Assembly: GCA_963786955.1 (NCBI GenBank) | Contig: CAWBAT010000006.1 | Coordinates: forward strand, 384,001 to 448,000 | Length of the DNA: 64,000 nucleotides | Direction of reading: 5' to 3' | Source: an uncultured Acidimicrobiia bacterium | GTDB lineage: Bacteria > Acidobacteriota > Terriglobia > Versatilivoradales > Versatilivoraceae | Shown: in pieces, positions 1 through 9,818 of the stretch | How positions within the stretch are numbered: position 1 is the stretch's first letter | Layout of the letters: each line of letters begins with the position of its first letter | Program-made: the position numbers and the translations under genes | The notes under the pieces: model-generated | Told to the model about the DNA's origin: nothing | Database searches by the model: none | What the model saw: only the letters and a program-made list of their open reading frames with translations

Positions 1-702
1 TTCAAGCGCAGCAACCGCGACGGTTCTGGCCGATTCGGCATCACTACGAAGGGCCGGGGATATATTTCCGGCGGCACTAATGAACTGGGCCAAATCATTC
101 TGAAACACTTGCAAGCGGCCACGGTTATCGCGAATGGCCTGTTCCGTATAGATCTTGGCCGGATTCTTGAGCTGAGTTTTGACTTGTGTCAGGAATTTTG
201 GCAATGCCGTCATCTGGATGGAAACACTCCTCAACCTTTGCTCAAGCAGAGCGTAGTCTCCGTGAATGATGTCCAGAATTCGCGTGGCAACGATTTCCCG
301 AGGATCATAGTACGGAAAGGAATCAATGAGCCGAGGTTCCCATTCCCACTCCTTGATCGCGTTCAAATAAAGCAGTTCCAATTCAATCCCATCCGAAAGG
401 ATGCGGGCATCTATTCGTTCATCGAGCGGTAGATTCTTGATATCTATTCCTCTCAGCCGGATTTTCTGCTGTTCCAGCATTCGGCGTCTGAGGGCCAAAC
501 CTTGTAATGACAAGTCCGCGAGGCGGTCATCAAAGCGGTGGTCTCCCATAAACGTCGCCAAATGAGGTTTCGCAAGAAACAAACCATCCAAATATTCCCG
601 CTTCAAGTTAGCGAAATTGGTCATCGGTTTCGGAGTGAGGCAGGCGCTGCACACCAGTACGGCCAGCATCAGGAAAAGAGGCAGAGCGCTTTTCAACAGC
701 AT
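1..702 (-). CDS. DUF885-family lipoprotein, N-terminal part (runs off the left edge)
   Basis: Not in the ORF track. Minus-strand translation from ATG at 702 (alternative ATG at 738) gives MLLKSALPLFLMLAVLVCSAC..., a lipoprotein-like signal, then ...PHLATFMGDHRFDDRLADLS, typical of the DUF885 N-terminus. Confidence 0.75.
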   Translation of the reverse strand, partial: MLLKSALPLFLMLAVLVCSACLTPKPMTNFANLKREYLDGLFLAKPHLATFMGDHRFDDRLADLSLQGLALRRRMLEQQKIRLRGIDIKNLPLDERIDARILSDGIELELLYLNAIKEWEWEPRLIDSFPYYDPREIVATRILDIIHGDYALLEQRLRSVSIQMTALPKFLTQVKTQLKNPAKIYTEQAIRDNRGRLQVFQNDLAQFISAAGNISPALRSDAESARTVAVAALE

Positions 703-770
703 GGGTTGGATTAATAAATGAACCAGTTTCGTACGCATTCAATGGTCCTAACCCGCATTTCTCACCACCA

Positions 771-828
771 GCGCCGCATGAGGGCATGCGGCCTTCAACC
801 TCTGTAGGCCGGGTGACCCCACCCGGCG
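771..828. repeat. REP-like palindrome doublet
   Basis: GCCGCATG-aggg-CATGCGGC hairpin followed by TGTAG-GCCGGGTG-accc-CACCCGGC hairpin, intergenic. Confidence 0.65.
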
Positions 829-909
829 AACTGGATTCTTCAAAAACAGAGTGTGTCAGTTTCCCCCTGGTGGCGAGAATTGCGGGCTAATATGTTGTGC
901 GACCGTCTT

Positions 910-1686
910 TCAATCGAGAGGATAGGGCCAAACTCCTCTGGTAAAAAGCCCTCCATCCACAAAAAGTGTCTGCCCGGTCACGAAGTCAGCTTCGTCGCTT
1001 GCCAGATAGCTCACGGCGCAAGCCACGTCTTTGGGAGCGCCGACCCGTCCCATCGGGGTCACAGGCCCCCATGTCCCGGCATAGTCGGGAGCTTCATCCT
1101 TAGTCCGTTCGATCTCAATAGCACCGGGCGCAACGCAATTGACCGTAATCCCATATTGTCCCAGCTCCACGGCAGAGACGCGGGTCAACATGTCAATTCC
1201 TCCTTTACTGGCCGTATAGCTAACTAATTTCGGGAAAGGAGTTTTGTTACAGCCTGAGCCAATATTGATAATCCGGCCGTAGTGATTCTCTTTCATGTGG
1301 CGGGCAGCTTGCTGGGTACACAGGAAAACACCCTTTAAATTCGTGTCGATGACTCGATCCCATTCCTCTTCTTCAAGTTCCAGAAGCGACTTCCACACTT
1401 GTGTCCCGGCGTTATTAACCAGTATGGATAGCGTACCAAATACGCGAAACACTTCCTGGAACATCCTGGAGACATCCCCGGAATCTCCCACATGGCCAGC
1501 CACCAGGACGGCGCGTCGCCCTAACGCTTCGATGTCGCGGGCTGTCTTTTCTGCGCCCGCCCGATCCGAACGGAAATTGATCGCCACATCACACCCCCGG
1601 CGACCCAGCTCGATAGCAATACCCCGCCCAATTCCTTTGCTGGCGCCTGTGACTAAGGCTGTCTTGTTGCTGAGGTCTAAAACCAT
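910..1686 (-). CDS. SDR family NAD(P)-dependent oxidoreductase (FabG/glucose dehydrogenase-like)
   Basis: TGASKGIG, NNAG and YTASK motifs. Start placed at MVLDLSNK behind a GGAGG RBS. Confidence 0.92.
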   Translation of the reverse strand: MVLDLSNKTALVTGASKGIGRGIAIELGRRGCDVAINFRSDRAGAEKTARDIEALGRRAVLVAGHVGDSGDVSRMFQEVFRVFGTLSILVNNAGTQVWKSLLELEEEEWDRVIDTNLKGVFLCTQQAARHMKENHYGRIINIGSGCNKTPFPKLVSYTASKGGIDMLTRVSAVELGQYGITVNCVAPGAIEIERTKDEAPDYAGTWGPVTPMGRVGAPKDVACAVSYLASDEADFVTGQTLFVDGGLFTRGVWPYPLD

Positions 1687-1870
1687 TTTCGAGTTCCTCC
1701 CTTTCACCTCTTTGTCCCAGGAATATAGCCGTTCCCCGAGTGATTGCCAAGACCTGTTCGAATCAAGAGGTTTCCCTCGGCCAAACCAATCCATCACAAA
1801 GTGCCGCGCTTTGATTTCTAGGGATACCTATGTTCTACTTTAGCTAGACAAAGATGCGAGGCACCGGTTC

Positions 1871-3976
1871 TTGAAAGCTCAAGAAGGCTCATTTTGGAAT
1901 TCCGCTCTCTGGTTCATCCCAGTGACACTGGGGTGTATCTTTGTGCTCTCTGGGCTTTGTCTCTTCTTCATCCAGCGTCAGTCTCGTGCAGAGGAAAGCC
2001 AGCTTCGTGAACAGGAAAGATTTTGTCTGGAAAAGACGCAACGGGTCTTTCGAGAAGTTCTTCTTCCGGAGAAATGGCAAAATGCGATTTCGACATTGCC
2101 ATCACCGCCACTTCATTTCAAGGAAATGAGGGTCTGGGATCATAATTTGGGTGAAGGTGTTTTCGGGTTTAGTTTGGACAATTCAGGAACGCTTTTTTAT
2201 CCCTCCTATCAAGTTTACCCCCAACCCCTGGAAATTTCAGGAGCTCTCAATCAGTCGATCCATGAAGCATTGCTTGACCTGACCGTTGAACACAGAACTC
2301 CGAGTTTGAGTGGAGCACTCGATATAGAGGAACAGCAAAGGCGTTTGTTAGTGGCGGTGGAGAAGCAAGATCGGGAGAAGGCACTTTCCTTAGCTAAACT
2401 GATTCTGACCGAAGGTGTGCGCACCGGGATCCCAATCGGACAGGCTACCGTAATGAAGGCAACCGAGGCCATCCTCCAATTCGAAGAGCTGACTGAAAAG
2501 ACTCTTGGCTATCATGGCAAACTCGTGGAGGTCTGGCTGTCCGCCATTGCAACTGGTGATGTCCCGCTTTCTCCTTCCCTATTGCCTTGGGTGGAGCGCC
2601 TGCAGGAGCAATGTCGTCGCCGGAACGAACACGAATCCTGGTTTGCGCGGGAAAAACAATTCGCGCGCATCGCCCAACAAATACATTGGGCGGAAAAATT
2701 CGTCTATCGCTTGAACTTGGTCTTACGTCGAAACCTCTACAATACTGCTCGGATTCAGATGCCCACTCGTTTCCTCAGCAGTGACCCCAATGATGAACCT
2801 TACATCGTGATGTTCCGATTTGTTGATCATTCTGAATTGAGTCTGATCGGGGCGGCCGTTGACTTGGAACTCATGGCAGCTCAACTTCAGGCGACCGTTG
2901 CTCAAGCTTCCTGGTTACCTGAAGAACTGACGGTCAATATCACAAGACATGCCCCCCCCGCTGCCTCTGACCTTCAGGAAGCCAATCCAGAGGGGTTGCT
3001 GCGACGGGAGCACGACCCACAGAAAGGAACACCAGCCGCTTCAGAAGGACCATCCAGCATGAAAGCAGCGGATTCGAAAGGACTGAAAGAGCAAGGGATT
3101 TTAGACCCCTTGGCGCCCCAGTTCGTGGTCGAGGTCATGCCGCGAAATCTCGCGTCTTTCAGGCAAAAAACCGTTCGCAAGAATATTCTTTACCTCACGA
3201 TTGTGCTTTTAGCCATTGGAACAAGCATCATGGTCCTCTTCTTTGGGCAGCGTTCTGTCAGAGAACAGCAGCGCCTTTCCAAATTGCGAGCTGATTTCTT
3301 AACAAATGTATCTCACGAGCTGAGAACGCCGTTGACGGCCATTCGACTTCATGCAGAAACCCTGGAACTCCAGATGAAAAGAGCCAACCTACCTGCGGGA
3401 TCCAGCCTGGGGACGATTGTCGAAGAAGTCGATCGGCTCAGTTTATTGATCAATGACGTACTGGAATTTACCCGTTTGGAAAACGATAAAAAACGCTTTG
3501 TCTGGGAAAGCGTTGATCTGGTGACCGTCGTTAAGGAAAGTTACCAGCTTTTTTGGCAGCAGCTCGAAGAAGCGAATTTCCAGGTGCAGCTGGACCTTCC
3601 GGAAAGTTTGATCCTCGAAAGAGCCGATCGCGCGGCCCTTAAACAATGCGCCGTGAACTTGATCAGCAATAGTCTTAAGTACAGTGGAGAGGAGAAGTTT
3701 CTTGGGATCCAGTTGAGCCAAGAGGATGGAATCGCCAGCTGGCAAGTCGAAGACCATGGAATAGGGATCCCGATTGAAGAACGCTCTTATGTGTTTGATA
3801 AATTCTATCGTGGGAAAGGGCTGGATCCTGCCCTATCGGGGACCGGCTTAGGACTAACCCTGTGCAAAGCCTTCATTGAAGCTCACGGTGGATCGATATC
3901 TCTGAAAGATAGGGCAGTCACCAAGGGGACCCTATTCGTGATCGAGCTTCCGGTAAATCGTCCTAGAGAAAGTTGA
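1871..3976 (+). CDS. Membrane sensor histidine kinase
   Basis: Two TM segments around a large extracytoplasmic region; H-box SHELRTPL, N-box NLISNSLKY, DHGIG and GTGLGL. Confidence 0.92.
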   Translation: MKAQEGSFWNSALWFIPVTLGCIFVLSGLCLFFIQRQSRAEESQLREQERFCLEKTQRVFREVLLPEKWQNAISTLPSPPLHFKEMRVWDHNLGEGVFGFSLDNSGTLFYPSYQVYPQPLEISGALNQSIHEALLDLTVEHRTPSLSGALDIEEQQRRLLVAVEKQDREKALSLAKLILTEGVRTGIPIGQATVMKATEAILQFEELTEKTLGYHGKLVEVWLSAIATGDVPLSPSLLPWVERLQEQCRRRNEHESWFAREKQFARIAQQIHWAEKFVYRLNLVLRRNLYNTARIQMPTRFLSSDPNDEPYIVMFRFVDHSELSLIGAAVDLELMAAQLQATVAQASWLPEELTVNITRHAPPAASDLQEANPEGLLRREHDPQKGTPAASEGPSSMKAADSKGLKEQGILDPLAPQFVVEVMPRNLASFRQKTVRKNILYLTIVLLAIGTSIMVLFFGQRSVREQQRLSKLRADFLTNVSHELRTPLTAIRLHAETLELQMKRANLPAGSSLGTIVEEVDRLSLLINDVLEFTRLENDKKRFVWESVDLVTVVKESYQLFWQQLEEANFQVQLDLPESLILERADRAALKQCAVNLISNSLKYSGEEKFLGIQLSQEDGIASWQVEDHGIGIPIEERSYVFDKFYRGKGLDPALSGTGLGLTLCKAFIEAHGGSISLKDRAVTKGTLFVIELPVNRPRES

Positions 3977-4162
3977 AAAAATTGGGTTGCGTATCCGAGA
4001 CTTTCAGATTCGCTCGCTCAGAAAATATTGCGTTGGGCTGGGAAGCCGCTCTATGATGCTCTAGGGTGCCACCATAACCCGGCATCTGGCATTGCAGCCG
4101 ACTTGACGGTTTCTATCCAAAACCTTTGCGAACAAAACCATTTGAAAAACAGTTAGGCCAAT

Positions 4163-4843
4163 ATGTACAAAATACTCATCATCGAAGACGAACGTCCTAT
4201 TTTAAGAGCATTGGAATCAAACCTCTCTGCTGAAGGTTACCAGGTTGATACGGCTATGGATGGGGCCCTGGGGCTGGAAAAAGCAAGAGACCCTTCCTTT
4301 GACCTTATCTTGCTGGACCTGATGCTTCCTAAACTAACCGGAGAAGAAATTTGCAGGCGTATTCGGCAAGAAGGAATTGCCACGCCGGTACTGGTCCTGA
4401 CTGCCAAAGGAGAGGAGGAACATCGAATTGCGGGATTCCAACTGGGCGCGGATGATTACGTTTCAAAACCCTTCAGCATTCGTGAACTGTTGGGACGTAT
4501 CCAGGCGATTCTGAGGCGGTCAGCAGGACAAAAAAGTTTGCTGGCGCATTGTCATTTCGGCAATGTCTCGGTCGATTTTCTCAAAATGGAAGTCCGCCGA
4601 GGGGAGCAACAAGTTTTCCTCACAACGCGAGAGCTCGCCATCCTTCGACTCATGGTGAGCAATAAAGGAGTTGTGATTTCGCGAGACCGGTTGCTGAATG
4701 AGGTCTGGGGCTACGAAGCCTACCCGACGACCCGAACCGTGGACAATCAAATTGTTAAGTTGCGCCAGAAACTGGAAGAGGATCCCGAAAACCCGTGTCA
4801 TATCCTCACGGTCCGAGGTTCCGGGTATAAGTTTGTAGGATGA
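4163..4843 (+). CDS. OmpR/PhoB-family response regulator
   Basis: Receiver motifs (IED, LDLMLP, KPF) plus winged-helix TVRGSGYKF. Confidence 0.95.
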   Translation: MYKILIIEDERPILRALESNLSAEGYQVDTAMDGALGLEKARDPSFDLILLDLMLPKLTGEEICRRIRQEGIATPVLVLTAKGEEEHRIAGFQLGADDYVSKPFSIRELLGRIQAILRRSAGQKSLLAHCHFGNVSVDFLKMEVRRGEQQVFLTTRELAILRLMVSNKGVVISRDRLLNEVWGYEAYPTTRTVDNQIVKLRQKLEEDPENPCHILTVRGSGYKFVG

Positions 4844-4924
4844 TGGACACGCAGGGGTAGACGCCGTTTGGCCCCTGAAGTAGTATGGAACCACGCAGTG
4901 AGTGACCTCTGTTGTGACAAGACT

Positions 4925-7324
4925 TTACCGAATCGTGAATTCCGTCCCGGAATTTACGGACTGGTTCTGTTCAGCATCTTGAGTTTCTATCTTGAGTTGG
5001 TATTTCCCTGGCGCCATGCCCTTCAGAGGAATCGAAAACCCAATGGCCGCCTCGGAAGGGCCGGTCGGCTGAGTGGCATCATCCAGAACGAGCGATTCAT
5101 TCGTTGCGGGAGCCCCCTTTTCGTCAATGACCTGGATTTTGGCGACTAAGTGCCGATTTTGCGGGTTACTTTTCAGATTATAAACTTTGTAGTAAACGGC
5201 GATGCTCCCATCTTTGCTCAAGATTTGGTCGACGTCGGGAATCAACTGCATTCCTTTGTAAGCAAGCGGATCGTTTTCCTCCATTAAACTAGATTGTATA
5301 TTTCTGATTAGATCCGGGAGCTGGTTCAGCTGTTGCGTAAGGACTAAACTACTGGACGCCATTCCATCCGCTGGCAAAGGTGGGATGACCAGCGACTGCT
5401 CAGTCGTTCCAATCTTTCCTTTTTCATCAGCGATGGCCATTTTCAGTTGGTATTTCCCTGGCCGAAGCTTTAGATAATTTTGGTACGGAATGTCCTGATT
5501 TTGAAATGCGGCTTCTTTCTCTTTCTCTATGGAAAGGTTTACGGTCTCGCTGAAGCGTGCAGCCACGCTGCCATCTTCTCCGTAAGCTACCCCCATCACG
5601 TCAATCGAGTTGACAAGCATTGGCCCCTTCTTTTTGAGTTCAATCACTCCGTGCTGAATCGAAACGCTAATGGGGACTCGAACAAGGGATGTGGAGTCAT
5701 AGAAGTACATCGGACGAAACATGACCGGGAGCTGCGTCTTAGGTGTTGGAGATGAGATGGCGCTCAAAAGCGAGCGCTCTTCTTTAGAACCCGCCAGAGA
5801 ATCGGGAGGGCGAGGGTCAACATAATTTGCGCGATATTTCAACTTGACCCCCTTAGCCTCTGACTTAACCTCGATCTTTCTGAGCTTTCCATCTCGTTTG
5901 GAACTACTCGGGTTAAAGCCGAGAACATAGTAATTGCTCAGTTCCAAGTCAACTTTGTCCAGCCCTTGGTTTAAGTTATTCGTATTGAAAATTGAAGTTC
6001 CACCCGTTGAATTGGCCAGGGAACGCAAGACATTTTCCAAATAGGCCTGCTGCATTTCATTCATCATACCGGGCAATGTGGACCCCGGTCCATAGGGAGA
6101 GTTGCCTTGTTGACCGGCAGTTCCATTTCCCGTTTGCCCGGTCCCTTGACCCGCCGGGGTATTCCCTTTTCCCCCTGGCGATCCACCCGAAGTTCCTCCT
6201 CCGCCGCTTGGCGCTCCACCACCCGAACCGGCTCCGCCCTGCCCACCGGATTGGCCTCCTCCCCGAGCCTGAAAGTAGTTGGCTGAGACGAGGAGAGTCG
6301 GGTCTGGCTTCAGCAAGTCAATGGCAGGAAACATCAAACGAGCTAATCCTCGCCATGACCAAAGTTGAGGGTTCATTTGACCACGGGGTTCTGATCTATC
6401 TTGAGGTAGAAAACTCTGAGGTCCAAACCCTGTCGGCGGTAAGGTGTTCAACCCTTTAGAGTCAACAGTGTAGTAAGCCACATTACTTCTTTGTGAGGCC
6501 GTAATCAGAGTCTGCAGTTCGTTTTGCAATTCGACGGATAATTTAAAGTCTTCGGAGAACATGAGAACGATTTTCCGGCCTTTGATTCGAGCAATCGAGG
6601 TTGACAAACCGTTGAGTGTTCTGAGATACACCATCCCCCGGTACTTGTTTTCCGGATTCACGATGGAGGATTGCCCAGGAATACGCTGACTTCCGGGGCG
6701 GCCCCCACTTTGATCCCGCCCGGTCACCGCACTGAGGTTTTGATTGTCATCGTTTTGCAGTTGCGTTCTATCCTGAAGAGCGTGAGACATGGCCGGCAAA
6801 TGAATCGCTTCAATCACTTTTGTGATGTCGTGTGTAAAGGTCTGTGAGATTCTCAAACTCATCCCATAGTCTGCCACGGCAAACAAGTCCCACGGACGCA
6901 TATGCTGTTTAACATAGGTGGCCGCTGCGTCACGGCTAACCTTGATTTGTTGGGGCATGATGTTGCTATCATCAAAGAGGATCAGAACAACTTTGCCACG
7001 CTTGGCTTCATCAATATCATTGAGGCTAGTGGGAACCGTCTTATCTCCGCTGTCGGCAACCGCGTCAAACGTGACGATCTGTTGTAATTTTCCATCGTCG
7101 TACAATTTGAAGTCTTCTCTTTTTAAACCCAGGATGGGATTCCCTTTCTTGTCCTGGGCGATGACTTCCACCGTGACCAAATCCACATCCACTCGAATGG
7201 TTCCTGTAGAGCCTTCCTGAAAAGGAATCGCCCATCCCGGGTTCGCCGATGGCTGGAACAGCAGCATTCCCAGTAATGCAAAGAAAAGTCTCTTGAACAG
7301 TGCCTTGAATTGATTGTTGTTCAT
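4925..7324 (-). CDS. Secreted VWA-domain protein, acidobacterial type, with Gly-rich insert
   Basis: Signal peptide; IRVDVDLVTVEV..DKKGNPILGLKREDFKLYDDGK; GRKIVLMFSE; LANSTGG; YYVLGF. Confidence 0.85.
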   Translation of the reverse strand: MNNNQFKALFKRLFFALLGMLLFQPSANPGWAIPFQEGSTGTIRVDVDLVTVEVIAQDKKGNPILGLKREDFKLYDDGKLQQIVTFDAVADSGDKTVPTSLNDIDEAKRGKVVLILFDDSNIMPQQIKVSRDAAATYVKQHMRPWDLFAVADYGMSLRISQTFTHDITKVIEAIHLPAMSHALQDRTQLQNDDNQNLSAVTGRDQSGGRPGSQRIPGQSSIVNPENKYRGMVYLRTLNGLSTSIARIKGRKIVLMFSEDFKLSVELQNELQTLITASQRSNVAYYTVDSKGLNTLPPTGFGPQSFLPQDRSEPRGQMNPQLWSWRGLARLMFPAIDLLKPDPTLLVSANYFQARGGGQSGGQGGAGSGGGAPSGGGGTSGGSPGGKGNTPAGQGTGQTGNGTAGQQGNSPYGPGSTLPGMMNEMQQAYLENVLRSLANSTGGTSIFNTNNLNQGLDKVDLELSNYYVLGFNPSSSKRDGKLRKIEVKSEAKGVKLKYRANYVDPRPPDSLAGSKEERSLLSAISSPTPKTQLPVMFRPMYFYDSTSLVRVPISVSIQHGVIELKKKGPMLVNSIDVMGVAYGEDGSVAARFSETVNLSIEKEKEAAFQNQDIPYQNYLKLRPGKYQLKMAIADEKGKIGTTEQSLVIPPLPADGMASSSLVLTQQLNQLPDLIRNIQSSLMEENDPLAYKGMQLIPDVDQILSKDGSIAVYYKVYNLKSNPQNRHLVAKIQVIDEKGAPATNESLVLDDATQPTGPSEAAIGFSIPLKGMAPGKYQLKIETQDAEQNQSVNSGTEFTIR

Positions 7325-7474
7325 CCGCCCCTCCTTATCTTGCCTTGCATTTGCTTGGCGATGGCAGAATTGACTCTGAAAAGGTTTAGGAGTTCATGAA
7401 AATGCAGCGTGTTTGGCGCCAATGGCGCGCACCCGGACGGACCCTACTGCGTTGAACCGTAAATCTATATCCTC

Positions 7475-9265
7475 TCAAGGGACTTCAATGTTCTTGCGAA
7501 TGGACCCCATCTTTGTGTTGACCCCTTCTCTCACCACAGCTCTGATCTTGTAGCGTCCAGGAGGCACATTGATGGCGACTTTAGACGTAAAACCGCTCGA
7601 TAACAACGTTTGGTAACTTGGATCGGTAAGACTCAACTGCACTGACTTTTCCAGACCGTCCACGTAGCGATCATTTTCATCAAAAGCGACGACGACCAGG
7701 CTGATCAAATTCTTAAAACGCGAATCCTCTTCGACGAATTTCAAACCACGAATATTCACTTTCGTGAGGAGAGCCAATTGATAGCGGGTTTCATCGACCT
7801 GGAAATAGTTGTAAGAAAGCTGGATGGGAATTTCATTGACATTTCCCGGTGCCTGGAGCGCCTCAAGAATATCCTCTTTTTTTCTTCGCTCAAAGGACCG
7901 CTGCTCTTTGGGGGTGTAGTAGCCCTGACGGTAATTAATGTGGATCCCGGGACGGCTGACGTCCACTTTTATTTTGTGATAGCGGCCATCCGTGCCCGGT
8001 AAGGGTGAAGCATAACTCAAGACATAATAAGAAGAGTCGGTATTGAGAATCTTTTTCAGGCCTCCGAACAGATCATTGGTGTTACCAATATGGATGCCCC
8101 CGGTCTCGCTGGATAGTTGATGTAGGGGGTGGTCCTGTTGGTTCATGTCCTCGATCCGGATTTGCGTCTTCTGGGAGAGCGTCGTAAATAGATCACTCCT
8201 ACGACTGGCGATTCCTCTCTTGCTGGCGTCGAGTTCCGGTGTATATAGGCCTCGAATATCCAGCGTATTAAAAACAACCCCTGAGCGCAAAGCGGCATCC
8301 ACGATTTCTTGTAACTCGAATCGAACATCGTCGGCAAGAAACCCATCGGAAAAGAGAATCAGAGACTTCCGGCCTTCAAAATGCTTCAGGCTCCGAACTT
8401 GTTGCCTTAAGCTCGAAAGAAGTCGCCGGTACCTGAATTGATTTTCTTCATACAGTGAATAGGCTGTGGCCCGGACCGTATTGGTCGCTTGTTGTATCAC
8501 ACTCTGTTTGACCTGGCTATCAGTGCTATCCAGATCTGCCTCTCTTCCCGTACAGACAATGGTCTCTGCAATGGCAACCTGAAGAGGTTCCGGATTTGAG
8601 ATCGCATTATGGATCTGGTATGCCTGGAGATCCGTCAGGTCGGGACATTCCTCACGAGAGACTCGACTGTAACTGGCTTTCTTTACAAAAGAGGAGACGT
8701 AAGAGAGAATCAACTCTTTATCGGTCGTGAAATCCTCATGAAAACTTCCCGAAGCAGTCTGAAAAGAAACCATGTCACCCGCTTGCAAACCGCCTTCCAG
8801 AAACTTGGCAATGGCTGGTTGAAGTCGGAGTAGATTCTCCGGTTTTTCATTAGTGACATCGTCCAAGAATAAAGTAATCATCCGGGCTTGGGTGGGGATA
8901 ACTTCCTCCGGCTTACTCAAATTCCCGGGTTCTACTTCAACAGACTGAGTGCGATTGGACTGCGCCGGTTGTGTAGATTTGTAAGATTCCAACGAAAAAG
9001 TATGAATGGGTACAGGCTTTCCGTCTTCATAAACTCTAAAATCGTCCCTCGTTAAATCTTTAACTGGGTTACCACTCTTGTCGCTGGCCACGATACTCAC
9101 GACGACGACATCGACAGGAACCTTGAACGTAAAGATATCCGTTTTCTCGGGAGCTTTCTTGGCAGTACTCCCCTCCTTTTTCCCGTTCTCATCGGTTCCA
9201 ATCACAAGAGAGACGGCAACCAGATAGGCCATTAGACTCAGGATAGCAAGTTTCTTGTATTTCAA
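7475..9265 (-). CDS. Secreted VWA-domain protein, acidobacterial type
   Basis: DKSGNPVKDLTRDDFRVYEDGK, GRKSLILFSDGF, LSSETGG, YYVLSY, RQGYY. Confidence 0.87.
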   Translation of the reverse strand: MKYKKLAILSLMAYLVAVSLVIGTDENGKKEGSTAKKAPEKTDIFTFKVPVDVVVVSIVASDKSGNPVKDLTRDDFRVYEDGKPVPIHTFSLESYKSTQPAQSNRTQSVEVEPGNLSKPEEVIPTQARMITLFLDDVTNEKPENLLRLQPAIAKFLEGGLQAGDMVSFQTASGSFHEDFTTDKELILSYVSSFVKKASYSRVSREECPDLTDLQAYQIHNAISNPEPLQVAIAETIVCTGREADLDSTDSQVKQSVIQQATNTVRATAYSLYEENQFRYRRLLSSLRQQVRSLKHFEGRKSLILFSDGFLADDVRFELQEIVDAALRSGVVFNTLDIRGLYTPELDASKRGIASRRSDLFTTLSQKTQIRIEDMNQQDHPLHQLSSETGGIHIGNTNDLFGGLKKILNTDSSYYVLSYASPLPGTDGRYHKIKVDVSRPGIHINYRQGYYTPKEQRSFERRKKEDILEALQAPGNVNEIPIQLSYNYFQVDETRYQLALLTKVNIRGLKFVEEDSRFKNLISLVVVAFDENDRYVDGLEKSVQLSLTDPSYQTLLSSGFTSKVAINVPPGRYKIRAVVREGVNTKMGSIRKNIEVP

Positions 9266-9445
9266 GGTTAATGGACTCTTTTCCTCAAGAGTAAATCAGT
9301 GAACGAGACCGATAGGGATTACGAAGAAGTAGGAATTTGAATATAGAGTTAATTATGCTTCGTTTCTTCTGCGAAAACAACTGTTAACAGGCTCTGTGGT
9401 AGAATGTGCCCTTTGAGTAACACTCTTCCAATGGAGATGGTGAGT

Positions 9446-9670
9446 ATGAAACTGAAAATTGAATATTGTGCAAAGTGAAATTACGAGCCTCGAGCCGTCA
9501 GTTTGACGGAAAAAATTCTCAGCACAGGAAAACAGCGGATTACTTCCCTTGAGTTGGTCCCCTTCAATGATGGGCGTTTCGAAATCTATAAAAATGGCAA
9601 GAAACTTTATTCCAAACTAGAGACCCGGGAATTTCCCAATGAATCGATGATTGTCAAGATGATCTTCTAG
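9446..9670 (+). CDS. SelT/SelW/SelH (Rdx) family selenoprotein, CxxU, in-frame UGA at 9476-9478
   Basis: MKLKIEYCAK-U-NYEPRAVSLTEKIL...LELVPFNDGRFEIYKNGKKLYSKLETREFP; GGAG RBS upstream; hairpin CCGTCA-GTT-TGACGG downstream of the UGA. Confidence 0.9.
9495..9509 (+). promoter_or_regulatory. Bacterial SECIS-like hairpin
   Basis: 6-bp stem CCGTCA/TGACGG with a loop starting GU, 22 nt after the in-frame UGA. Confidence 0.75.
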
Positions 9671-9818
9671 TTTATTTCCGCGCGGATGATGAGTCCCTTC
9701 CAGTTCATCGTTTCCCAACCCGACTTCAGGCCTGGCTAAAGGCTCTCGGTTCTTGTTCAAGCTTAATCTATTCGTATAGAGTCCCGTTGGCTATTCCACC
9801 ATTTGAAATTTACGAACA

